From positions 832,001-896,000 of the forward strand of contig CAWBZV010000005.1 in assembly GCA_963793305.1 (NCBI GenBank): a stretch of 64,000 nt of DNA, in the 5' to 3' direction. This DNA is from an uncultured Gemmatimonadales bacterium. Its GTDB lineage: Bacteria; Gemmatimonadota; Gemmatimonadetes; Gemmatimonadales; Gemmatimonadaceae. The notes under the pieces were generated by a model. The model did no database searches, was not told the DNA's origin, and saw only the letters and a program-made list of their open reading frames with translations. Every line of letters begins with the position of its first letter. Position 1 is the first letter of the stretch. Below, piece by piece: positions 50,399 through 60,864 of the stretch. A program made the position numbers and the translations under genes.

Positions 50399-51834
50399 TG
50401 ATTCACCTCGTGGGGCGCGACGACGAGATACGCGAGGACGAGATAGTGGATGGGTCGCTCATCGGATCCGTGCTGACGGCCGTCCCTGGTCTCGATGCGG
50501 TGCTGCGCGGCGGACTGCCGGAGCTCTCGTTCAACCTGATCGCCGGCGGACCAGGCGCCGGAAAAACCACGCTGGCGCAGCAGATCGTGTTCAGCAACGC
50601 CACCGTCGAGCGCCCCGCGCTCTATTTCACGGTGCTCGGCGAGCCGACCCTCAAGATGCTGCGCTACCAGCGGCAATTCCGCTTCTTCCAGTCAGACCTC
50701 GTCGGCACCGCCGTGCATTTCATCAATCTGGCCGAGGAAGTGCTGCGCGACGATCTCGCCGCGGTCCTCCACCGGATCGTCGACGAAGTCGAGCGCATCG
50801 GCCCGGCGTTCGTGGTCGTCGACTCGTGTCGCACCCTCGGCCTCCACGCATCGGGGCGGCAGACTCCCGACGCGATGGGCATGGAGCAATTCGTGCAGCG
50901 GCTCGCGCTCCAACTCACGACGTGGGAAGTGACCTCCTTTCTGATCGGCGAATACGCCGCGCCCGACCTCGCGAATCCGCTCTTCACCGTGGCCGACGGC
51001 ATTCTCTGGCTCTCGCAAGCGCCAGAACGCAACTCGGTCGTCCGCAAGTTGCAGGTGGTCAAGATGCGCGGGCGGGCTCCGATACCAGGTCTCCACACGT
51101 TCCGGATGACCGACCGCGGCATCCAGGTCTTTCCACGTATTCCGGGACACCAGGAAGCGCGCCGCCCGCGACGCCAAGAGCGGCTCGCCACCGGCGTCCC
51201 GGGACTCGATGCCATGACGGGCGGCGGCTATCCCGCGGGTGACGCGGTCTTGATCACCGGACCGGCCGGCAGTGGAAAGACGATGTTCGCCACGCAGTTC
51301 CTGGCCGATGGCCTCACGCGCGGCGAGGCCGGAGTCGCGGTCGTCTTCGAGGAATATCCGGACGCTTATCTCGCCCGAGCGACGGCGTTGGGTCTCGACC
51401 TCCAGGCGATGACCGAGCGACACAAGCTGGCCGTCATCTATCTGCGCCCGCTGGATCTCTCGGTCGATGAAACGCTGGCCGCCATCCTCGATGCCGTCGA
51501 GCGCCTCGGCGCGACGCGCGTGGTCATCGACTCATTGTCGGGGTTCGAGGTGGCGCTCGCTCCGACTTTTCGCGACGACTTTCGCGAGTCGCTCTATCGG
51601 CTCGTCGGGGCACTCACGGCGACGGGTGTCACCGTTCTCATGACCGCGGAAACGCCACTCGAACGCGTGTCTTTCGTGACAGACGACATCATCGTGCAAC
51701 GATATGTGGAGATCGCCGGTGAGCTCCGGCCCATGCTGGCCGTCGTCAAGATGCGCGGCAGTGCACATAGCAGAGACTATCGCGCGTATGAGATCACCGC
51801 GCGCGGTGCGGTCGTCGCGGATGCCGGTGCATAA
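50395..51834 (+). CDS. KaiC-like double-domain RecA-fold ATPase
   Basis: Two repeats with Walker A (GGPGAGKT, GPAGSGKT), Walker B (VVDS, VIDS) and VVKMRG in each. Confidence 0.88.
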   Translation: MMIHLVGRDDEIREDEIVDGSLIGSVLTAVPGLDAVLRGGLPELSFNLIAGGPGAGKTTLAQQIVFSNATVERPALYFTVLGEPTLKMLRYQRQFRFFQSDLVGTAVHFINLAEEVLRDDLAAVLHRIVDEVERIGPAFVVVDSCRTLGLHASGRQTPDAMGMEQFVQRLALQLTTWEVTSFLIGEYAAPDLANPLFTVADGILWLSQAPERNSVVRKLQVVKMRGRAPIPGLHTFRMTDRGIQVFPRIPGHQEARRPRRQERLATGVPGLDAMTGGGYPAGDAVLITGPAGSGKTMFATQFLADGLTRGEAGVAVVFEEYPDAYLARATALGLDLQAMTERHKLAVIYLRPLDLSVDETLAAILDAVERLGATRVVIDSLSGFEVALAPTFRDDFRESLYRLVGALTATGVTVLMTAETPLERVSFVTDDIIVQRYVEIAGELRPMLAVVKMRGSAHSRDYRAYEITARGAVVADAGA

Positions 51835-53622
51835 ATGGACCCCCTGGTTGCCGGGGCCGACGCGTCGCTCGCGCTCGTGCAGCACTTTCTGGAGCACGCA
51901 CCAGTGGCGTCAGCGGTCGTCAGCGGTGCCGCGCACGGATGCGTCTTCACCAACGCCGCGTTCCGGCGCATCAGCGCGGACGCGGGGGTGTACGCCGGCA
52001 TAGGTGATCCCATCGCCGATGCGTTGCCCGCTGAGGCGCGCGACGATGTGAACGCGTTGCTGGACCGCGTGCGGCGAGACGGCGTCGCGGCGTACCACGC
52101 GCGCATCGGACTCCTCTGGCTGTGCGACGCGTGGCCCGTCGTGGAGGAAGGCGGACGGTTGGACTATCTGGTCGTCACGCTGCGCCAGGCGCAACGCCGC
52201 GAGGTCACGCGGATGCGCCACCGGGCGATCACCGAGCGGCTGTTGCTCGCGGCGCTGCGCGAGCAGGATGGGGCCCGCCGCGCGGACAACGCGCGCGCCC
52301 GCGCGGTGTTCCTGGCCGAGACGAGTCGGCGCCTCGGCGGGTCCCTCGGGCTGGCCGCCGCCTATGCCGCGGTCGCGACGGTCGCGCTCCCGGTCCCGGG
52401 CGCGTGGTCCATCGTCGACGTCGACCAAGCCAATGGCGGCTGGCGACGGCTGGCGATCGCGCACCCCGATCGGACCAAGGAAGCACTCGCCGGCGAGCTC
52501 GCCGGACATTGGTCGCCGGCGCCCGGCGATCCGCTTGGCGTCCCACTCATCGCGCAGTCGCGCGTATCGACGATCGTCGCCTCGGACACCGAGGCGGTGC
52601 TCGCCGGCGCGGCGCACGGTCCGGATAATCTCCGTATTCTCCGCGCCCTCGAGCTCGGCGCGCTCCTCGTCGTGCCGCTCATCGCCCACGAACGGCTCCG
52701 CGGCGCCATCACATTCGTCAACCCGATGGAGGCCGCTCCGTATACGAGCGATGACGTCGTCCTCGCGGAGGACCTCGCGGCCCGTTGCGCGAATCTGCTC
52801 GATGGCGCGCGCCGCTACGACGACGGGCGCTTGGCCCAGATCGGCGCCGACACGGCGCGCGATGACGCCGAGCACGCCAACGAGGCGAAAGACGCCGTCC
52901 TCACCTCGATGAGCCACGAGCTCCGCACGCCGTTGAACGCCATCCTCGGGTATACCGAGCTGCTGACGTTGGGCACGCAAGGACCGGTGTCCGCGGACCA
53001 GACCGAGGCCTTGAGTCGGATTCGACGCGCGGGTATGCACCTGCTCGGCCTCATTAACGATGTCTTGCAAGTCGCGCGGCTCAGCGATTCGCAAGCGCGC
53101 TTTCTCATCACCGACGTGCCCGTGGGTGAAGTACTCGATGCGGCTGGGTACATGGTCGCACCGCTCGCCGTGGCCCAGCGGCTCGAGCTGGCGCGCGTGC
53201 CCTGTCCAGTGACGCTCTCCATGCACGCCGATCGGGACAAAGTGCTCCAGATCTTGCTCAACGTGCTGGCCAACGCGATCAGGTTCACGGCACCCGGCGG
53301 GCGGGTCATCCTGGCGGCGGTACCGGTCGATCGACGCCGGACCGGGAGCGCGCCGCCACTCGCTCCACCGGCGGCCGCACAGTCGGTGCGGCTCACGGTG
53401 AGTGACACGGGGCGGGGGATTTCCCTCGACCAGCTCCAGACGATCTTCGAGCCGTTCGTGCAGGTTGGCGCGCGCTTGGCGGGCAAGGACGAAGGGACCG
53501 GGCTCGGCCTCGCTATCAGCCGCGATCTCGCGAGAGGGATGGGCGGCGACCTCACGGTCGAGAGCACGCTCGGTGTCGGATCGACATTTACTCTGATCGT
53601 CCCCGGCGTCACCGTGGTGTAA
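51835..53622 (+). CDS. Cytoplasmic PAS-like/GAF sensor histidine kinase
   Basis: LLVVPL..RLRGAI GAF, SHELRTPLN, QILLNVLANA, DTGRGI, GTGLGL; ATG directly after the KaiC-like stop. Confidence 0.9.
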   Translation: MDPLVAGADASLALVQHFLEHAPVASAVVSGAAHGCVFTNAAFRRISADAGVYAGIGDPIADALPAEARDDVNALLDRVRRDGVAAYHARIGLLWLCDAWPVVEEGGRLDYLVVTLRQAQRREVTRMRHRAITERLLLAALREQDGARRADNARARAVFLAETSRRLGGSLGLAAAYAAVATVALPVPGAWSIVDVDQANGGWRRLAIAHPDRTKEALAGELAGHWSPAPGDPLGVPLIAQSRVSTIVASDTEAVLAGAAHGPDNLRILRALELGALLVVPLIAHERLRGAITFVNPMEAAPYTSDDVVLAEDLAARCANLLDGARRYDDGRLAQIGADTARDDAEHANEAKDAVLTSMSHELRTPLNAILGYTELLTLGTQGPVSADQTEALSRIRRAGMHLLGLINDVLQVARLSDSQARFLITDVPVGEVLDAAGYMVAPLAVAQRLELARVPCPVTLSMHADRDKVLQILLNVLANAIRFTAPGGRVILAAVPVDRRRTGSAPPLAPPAAAQSVRLTVSDTGRGISLDQLQTIFEPFVQVGARLAGKDEGTGLGLAISRDLARGMGGDLTVESTLGVGSTFTLIVPGVTVV

Positions 53623-53686
53623 GCCGTCCGAGCAGAGCGCGCATGAGCGTGGCTCGTATTATGCCCTGTCTCGTGTATGACATCAG

Positions 53687-53932
53687 GTGGAGCGCGTCAT
53701 GGCAGCACCGGCAATCGTGAGGCACCACGAGGATGGGCGCAATAACCCGCGCTCGCACGTCGGTGACCACGCGAGCGAGGATCCAACGATCGCTCGCGTT
53801 ATACCCCGAGGCGCTTGGCGCCGCGCGCACGTCCATCACTCGCGAGCTGAAGTCGTGGGGGTCATCCTGTGGTGGATCGTGATCGGCGCGCTCACGATTG
53901 GAAGCGTGATATTCATCATCGACCAACCGTAA
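53687..53932 (+). CDS. Small membrane protein
   Basis: Single C-terminal TM helix (VVGVILWWIVIGALTIGSVIFII). Confidence 0.45.
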   Translation: MERVMAAPAIVRHHEDGRNNPRSHVGDHASEDPTIARVIPRGAWRRAHVHHSRAEVVGVILWWIVIGALTIGSVIFIIDQP

Positions 53933-54053
53933 CATGCGACCTCGCGCGATGTAGCAGCACCATGCACGCTGTTGCTCGATCGGACTGTTGTCGGCGGCGG
54001 GGCACCTGACACGCCGGGGTGGTTGTCCGAGAGAAGTTGGCCCTGGAGGGCTT

Positions 54054-54551
54054 ATGTACGTTCGACATTACGCGCTCATCACGACCTCGCTCGCGACGCT
54101 GGCTATTGTCAGCTCCTGCAACCCGTTCGTCAGTCATCAGAAGGTCGGTCAGATCGATCCCAAGAACGCCCACTCGAGCACACAGTGGAATGGCACGCTG
54201 TCGACGACCGGCGGCATGAGCGGCGCGGTCGACATGCACGGCACAGTCTCGCTCGGTGCCAACGGACCCGGAAGCAGCCTGGCGACAATCGCCATCAGCA
54301 ACGCCGCTCCCAAGGGTGTCCATCCGTGGGAGGTCTACCGTGGCCAGTGTGGCAATGACGGTGACGTGATCGGTGCGTTCAGCGCTTATCCGCCGCTCAC
54401 GGTCAGGAACGACGGCACGGCGACGGCGATCGCGACGTTGCAGGCCGAGTTGCCGGTGACCGGCGACTATCACGTGAACGTGAACGCGTCGTCGACCAAC
54501 ATGGCGACGATCATTGCCTGCGGCAATCTCGCCGCGCCGAGCGGAGCGTAG
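54054..54551 (+). CDS. Lipoprotein with Cu/Zn-SOD-like/CHRD-like fold, copy 2
   Basis: Closely similar to 49438..49929, including the GGAGGG RBS region. Confidence 0.65.
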   Translation: MYVRHYALITTSLATLAIVSSCNPFVSHQKVGQIDPKNAHSSTQWNGTLSTTGGMSGAVDMHGTVSLGANGPGSSLATIAISNAAPKGVHPWEVYRGQCGNDGDVIGAFSAYPPLTVRNDGTATAIATLQAELPVTGDYHVNVNASSTNMATIIACGNLAAPSGA

Positions 54552-54560
54552 TTCGTAAGG

Positions 54561-54595
54561 CCCGCTCCTGACACTCGGCCAGTGTCAGGAGCGGG
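54561..54595. terminator. Perfect 15-bp hairpin between convergent genes
   Basis: CCCGCTCCTGACACT-CGGCC-AGTGTCAGGAGCGGG. Confidence 0.7.
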
Positions 54596-54702
54596 ATAGG
54601 CTCAACGCAAGAGATCGCCAACCCGCGCAACGACGAATCGATAGCCACAGGCCACGTGACGACGACTTCGCATTTGTTCGCGATGCGAGGTCGCTTTCGT
54701 TT

Positions 54703-55689
54703 CTACGGCGTCGCCGCGAATAGCCGATCCGGCACGAGCACGACCTTGCCCGCCACGCCAGCCGCGACGCGCGCATACGCCGCGGCGGCTTGAGAGAGCG
54801 GGTATCGCTCGACAACGGTGAGCGGAGCGAGCGCGCCGGACTCGAACAGCGGCACGAGCGCCGTAAGGACGCGCGCACATTTGACGGCCTCGTCGGCAAC
54901 TGTGTCGACGCTCAGCACGCGGAGGCGGCGGTGATAGAACGAGAGGAGGTCGAGCGTCACCTCCCGCCCGCCCGCGGCAGAGTAGACCACCATCGCTCCG
55001 CCTGGGGCGAGAGCGTCGAGCATCGGCTGAAAGATCGCGGCGCCGACGCCGTTGAGCGCGAGGTCGCAGCCGCGGCCATTGGTCGCGGCGCGGACGACCG
55101 ACACGAGATCGTTCTGGTCCGATCTCGCGATGGCCGCGACATTGGCAACGATGCGCGTGGCCTCAGCGGCGTCTTTGACGAGCGCGACCACGTGAGCGCC
55201 ACGCGCGACGGCGAGTTGGGTCGCGGCAAAGCCGACCGCACCGGCGGCTCCGGAGGCGACGAGCCACTGTCCCTCGGCCAGCTGCCCAGCTTGCACCACC
55301 GTCCACGCCGTGATGAATGGTACGCCGATCACCGCGGCCTGCTCGTCAGTGAGATTCTTGGGGCGGAATGCAATCGCGTCGCGGGGGAGCACTACGTACT
55401 CCGCGTGCGCACCATCTCGCCGAATGCCGAGATCGCCGCCGGACCCGTACACATCACGGCCGACGAGCTCCTGAGGGCCCTCCGTGACCCGTCCGGCGAA
55501 GTCGCGGCCGAGGGTGCGCGGAAGGCGGGCGTTGGCGAAACGGCCCTCGGCGCTGACGATATCGCTGGGGTTGATCGCGGCGGCGTGGACCTCGACCAAG
55601 ACGTCGTCCGGCCCCGGCGTCGGCATCGGGATATCGCTAGGAGAGAGCGCGGTGATCGGACCGTGCGCGGCTATGCGAAGCGCTTGCAT
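54703..55689 (-). CDS. Quinone oxidoreductase-like MDR protein
   Basis: AAAINPSD, LGRDFAG, GAAGAVG, GKVVL. Confidence 0.88.
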   Translation of the reverse strand: MQALRIAAHGPITALSPSDIPMPTPGPDDVLVEVHAAAINPSDIVSAEGRFANARLPRTLGRDFAGRVTEGPQELVGRDVYGSGGDLGIRRDGAHAEYVVLPRDAIAFRPKNLTDEQAAVIGVPFITAWTVVQAGQLAEGQWLVASGAAGAVGFAATQLAVARGAHVVALVKDAAEATRIVANVAAIARSDQNDLVSVVRAATNGRGCDLALNGVGAAIFQPMLDALAPGGAMVVYSAAGGREVTLDLLSFYHRRLRVLSVDTVADEAVKCARVLTALVPLFESGALAPLTVVERYPLSQAAAAYARVAAGVAGKVVLVPDRLFAATP

Positions 55690-55916
55690 TGCCTGCTAAG
55701 GATAACCCAACGCCCTGGTCGATAGACCCCTTTCAGTTCCACGCCATTGTTTCACGGCGTCCCGTGGCACGTTCGCGAAACGGTCGCTCTCGAGCGTGAC
55801 CGCGTGCCAACCATCTCGCTCGCTTCGACTTGTGCCCGTCGCACTCCGAGGCCCGCGCCCGGGTCCGGTCTTGCTATTGTACGCTCGCGTTCTCCCACGC
55901 ACACGAGGATACCGAG

Positions 55917-56831
55917 ATGATCCGATATGCAGTGCTGGCGCTCGTTGCGTCAGCGACGACGATCCAAGCGCAAAACATGATGCACGACGCGATGGCGTCG
56001 CACGATCCCAATTCCGCGCCGAAGGCGATGGTCGATCGATTCAGCGCCGCCGCCGGTCACTTGCAACTCCGCACGGCCGACAACGGCATCCCTCAGGCCA
56101 ACGCCCCCGTCGATTTCGACCACGGCCCGTTTATCACGATGGGGCACGGCCCCAAGGGCCAACTGGTCATGTACTACAACTTCGACGTCCAGCCGTCGAA
56201 GGCCGCGACGATCTATGTGTTGGTGCACGCGGGCTCGATGACGCCAGTCGAGGGCCAGTTGCCGATCATCGATGAGCTCCCCGGTGAGACCGGGTACAGC
56301 GACTTTCGTCAGGTCGTTCGCGTGACAGTACCGGCGGACTATCACACGAACACGGCCGCGAGCGTGAAGGACATCGAGAGCGCCGGTTGGCCGACGGAGC
56401 GAACCACGACGATCGTCAACGATCCGATCGTACCCGAAGGCTCGCACGCGCGCCACGGCATCGATGGACATCCCGCGCCGCTTCGCGCCGCGTGGTACCG
56501 TGGACAGACGGTGCGGTTTCTGGCATTCGAGCAGGATCTCCAGGGCGATGCCGCGGGGACCGTTCCCGTGTCACCGATCTTCGTCACGTTCGTGAAAAAC
56601 CCCGGCGAGTCCGGTGGTGGGCCCGGCTCGGGCTTCAAGACCGAGGGCGGATCGATGCAGACGCACAACGTCGTCGCCACGGTTCCCGGTGAGCCCGGGT
56701 ATTCACCCCTCTGGCAGGTGAGCGTGTACGACAACGGCGCGTTCGCGTTGGTCAGCGATCTCCCGTCGGTGGGGCGCGCCAAGATTCTTGCGCAAAGCGT
56801 CGCGCTGGTGAACTGCCCGGTCGTGCACTAG
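55917..56831 (+). CDS. Secreted protein with two internal repeats (DUF7482-like)
   Basis: Repeats PGETGYSDFRQV..IVNDPIV and PGEPGYSPLWQV..LVNCPVV; signal peptide. Confidence 0.6.
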   Translation: MIRYAVLALVASATTIQAQNMMHDAMASHDPNSAPKAMVDRFSAAAGHLQLRTADNGIPQANAPVDFDHGPFITMGHGPKGQLVMYYNFDVQPSKAATIYVLVHAGSMTPVEGQLPIIDELPGETGYSDFRQVVRVTVPADYHTNTAASVKDIESAGWPTERTTTIVNDPIVPEGSHARHGIDGHPAPLRAAWYRGQTVRFLAFEQDLQGDAAGTVPVSPIFVTFVKNPGESGGGPGSGFKTEGGSMQTHNVVATVPGEPGYSPLWQVSVYDNGAFALVSDLPSVGRAKILAQSVALVNCPVVH

Positions 56832-56844
56832 GGAGGACCATAGT

Positions 56845-56885
56845 CCGTCGGCCGCGGCGGCCTTGTCGGCCGCCGTGACCGGTGG
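56845..56885. terminator. GC-rich hairpin between convergent genes
   Basis: CCGTCGGCCGCGGCGGCC-TTGTC-GGCCGCCGTGACCGGTGG, imperfect stem. Confidence 0.5.
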
Positions 56886-56909
56886 AAAAGTGCTCTTCGC
56901 GGTGAACGC

Positions 56910-58876
<1,967 letters not shown>

Positions 58877-58901
58877 GAAGACTCCCGTTCGATAGACTAT
58901 G

Positions 58902-58980
58902 AACATATACCCCGGGATGGTATCTGTCAATGTTTTGTCCTAGACATATATTTGACAGACTCACGCTTGAGGCGTATCCT
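58902..58980. promoter_or_regulatory. Back-to-back sigma70-like promoters with TGTC/GACA operator repeats
   Basis: Minus strand TTGACA(58930-58925)-17-TATGTT; plus strand TTGACA(58952)-17-TATCCT; TGTC at 58925/58936 and GACA at 58943/58954. Confidence 0.7.
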
Positions 58981-59036
58981 TCAAGGGTCAGATCGCCACT
59001 CAGCCTTATGTCAGGAGCTGCCTTATGGATGGCCCA

Positions 59037-59342
59037 ATGCGCGAAGTCACGTTCACGCAGACGCACCGTCGCACACACCGGCGTCGCAACATCATCGTCT
59101 CGCAATTCGACGACACGAAGAGCGTGATTCCCATTCGGCCCAGTGAGGCTCCGGCTCCGGCGCTCTTGAACGACGGCCGCGCGTGGCGCTACATCGTGCA
59201 GACCGACGACGGCCCGTGGACGACGCATCGCCGTGTCGACATCTCGCTCGACGCATCGGACAGCGAAGTCGTGCTGGCGGTGGCGCGCCATCTGGCGAGC
59301 CCCGGTTGGAATCGCAATGCAGCCGTGGCGCGGATCCTGTGA
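59037..59342 (+). CDS. Hypothetical protein
   Basis: ORF downstream of the predicted promoter and an AGGAG; no family recognised. Confidence 0.5.
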   Translation: MREVTFTQTHRRTHRRRNIIVSQFDDTKSVIPIRPSEAPAPALLNDGRAWRYIVQTDDGPWTTHRRVDISLDASDSEVVLAVARHLASPGWNRNAAVARIL

Positions 59343-59344
59343 CG

Positions 59345-59647
59345 ATGGCCGAACGGGAATTCGACTTCGAGGACGACAGCCGCACGTTCTCGTGCCGCGT
59401 CGAGAAGCGGAACGAGTTGGCGGAACCATGGTGGTGGTTCAAGGTCTCCGGGGACAAGCAGCGCTATGCGCCGTTTCGGGCCGCCCCTGGCGATACGAAG
59501 TACGCGATTCAGTCCCGCATCACGCTGTACTACCGCGATCTCCTGGTCCGCCGCGCAACGCCGGCGGTCCCGTGGCACCGTCGCGGGAAGCCAGTTCCGA
59601 GTCCCGTTGTGGAAACACCTCCCGCGACGGATCCAACAACGGCCTGA
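59345..59647 (+). CDS. Hypothetical protein
   Basis: ATG 2 nt after the previous stop; FEDDSRTFSCRVE..WWWF.VSGD..RYAPF. Confidence 0.6.
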   Translation: MAEREFDFEDDSRTFSCRVEKRNELAEPWWWFKVSGDKQRYAPFRAAPGDTKYAIQSRITLYYRDLLVRRATPAVPWHRRGKPVPSPVVETPPATDPTTA

Positions 59648-59831
59648 CCGTTGGCCTGCCGCTCAGGCGTCGCAGTGCCAGTGCACCGGCGCCGAGCGCG
59701 GCTCCGCCCAGCGCGAGTCCCGCGAAGAGGGTGAGGCCGATGGCGACTAACGCGCCTCCGACAACGACCGCCATCGCGCCGACCGCAATGGCGGTCGCTT
59801 TGTTTCGTACCGTGATCTGATACACGCGCAT
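59520..59831 (-). CDS. Small membrane protein co-transcribed with the MerR gene
   Basis: ATG immediately follows the MerR TAG; two hydrophobic segments; tail overlaps the convergent ORF. Confidence 0.55.
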   Translation of the reverse strand: MRVYQITVRNKATAIAVGAMAVVVGGALVAIGLTLFAGLALGGAALGAGALALRRLSGRPTVRPLLDPSREVFPQRDSELASRDGATGPPALRGGPGDRGSTA

Positions 59832-60770
59832 CTACGTCTCCGACTGACCCGCGGCGCGGAGTGCCAGTCTCAAGTCGGTGAGACTCTCGATGACGTGGAC
59901 TCCCGTTCCCCTCAGCTCCGCGGCGATCTCGAGCGCGCCGGCTCCGCCGGCGAGCAGCGGTACGCGGGCCGCGAGTCGCACGCGCAACGTCCGCAGTTCC
60001 TGGAGCAGCAACTCGTCGTTGCCGGCTCGTGGCACCGTCACGCTGACCGCGCGAGCCGATGTGCTCGTGGCGGCCACCGCGATCTCGCTCACCGGCACGC
60101 CGGGACCGAGATACGTGACGCGCCACCCTTCGATGGCCGCTCCAGCCGTCGCCATGACGGCCTCGATCTCCTGGCGGTCGCCCACGGGAGTCGCCACGAG
60201 CAAGTTCGGGGCGTCGCCCGAGACGATGAGCACGGGCACAATGCCCTCGATGACTCGGCGGAGCGCGACGAGGACCAACTGCTCCTCGCCGGGGGCGAGC
60301 TCCCCAGCGCTGCGTTCGTCGCCGATCTGTTTCAAGAGCGGGGTCGCCACGGTGTCGAGAAACGCGCTGGCGCCGACGAGCGCGGCGGATCGCCGCAGCA
60401 GGCGCTCGAGACCGACGGCATCGAGGGCGCGCGCGCGGGCGCGAGCTTGGGCGACGTCATCCGCGGCCGTTGTGCCCGAGGTCCGTGCGCGACGAGTGGT
60501 GCCGAGTTGGCGGCGTGCTTCCTCGTCATCGCGGACCAGCCGCGCCAATTCTTTCGTGGGCAGCTTGGCAACCTGGGAAATGCCGCGTCCGGCCGCGGTG
60601 GCCAGGGCCATCAGGCGGAGTCGCTCGATATCGGCGTCGGAGTAGAGTCGCCGGCCACCATCGGTCCGCGTCGGCTCGATGGCGCGATAGCGGCGCTCCC
60701 ATACCCGGAGCACGTGCGGGCTGATGCCGGTTCGTTCTGCGGCCACTCCAATCGGATGTTCGTCTACCAT
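59832..60770 (-). CDS. CarH/LitR-like MerR regulator with degenerate cobalamin-binding domain
   Basis: LRVWERRY..P.RT.GGRRLYS HTH; helical bundle PLLKQIGD; Rossmann TP.GDRQE..GWRVTYLGP. Confidence 0.85.
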   Translation of the reverse strand: MVDEHPIGVAAERTGISPHVLRVWERRYRAIEPTRTDGGRRLYSDADIERLRLMALATAAGRGISQVAKLPTKELARLVRDDEEARRQLGTTRRARTSGTTAADDVAQARARARALDAVGLERLLRRSAALVGASAFLDTVATPLLKQIGDERSAGELAPGEEQLVLVALRRVIEGIVPVLIVSGDAPNLLVATPVGDRQEIEAVMATAGAAIEGWRVTYLGPGVPVSEIAVAATSTSARAVSVTVPRAGNDELLLQELRTLRVRLAARVPLLAGGAGALEIAAELRGTGVHVIESLTDLRLALRAAGQSET

Positions 60771-60805
60771 TTGTCAACGTTATATGATTGACATAGGTTA
60801 GTCAA
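60761..60805. promoter_or_regulatory. Promoter/operator of the CarH-like gene (probably leaderless)
   Basis: Minus strand TTGACT(60805-60800)-17-TAACGT(60782-60777), 7 nt from the ATG; TTGACATAGGTTAGTCAA palindrome. Confidence 0.65.
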
Positions 60806-60864
60806 CGCGACGGTCATTCCGCCGCACTCTGGTCGAACGTATGGCGCGGGGCATCCTTCCGCGC

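Noticed and set aside
50395..51834. A true circadian clock (kaiABC)
   Set aside because: No kaiA or kaiB in the window, non-canonical phosphosite segment and short tail; reported only as KaiC-like.
51835..53622. Bacteriophytochrome or LOV photoreceptor kinase
   Set aside because: No DIP/PASDIP motif, PHY domain or GxNCRFLQ motif.
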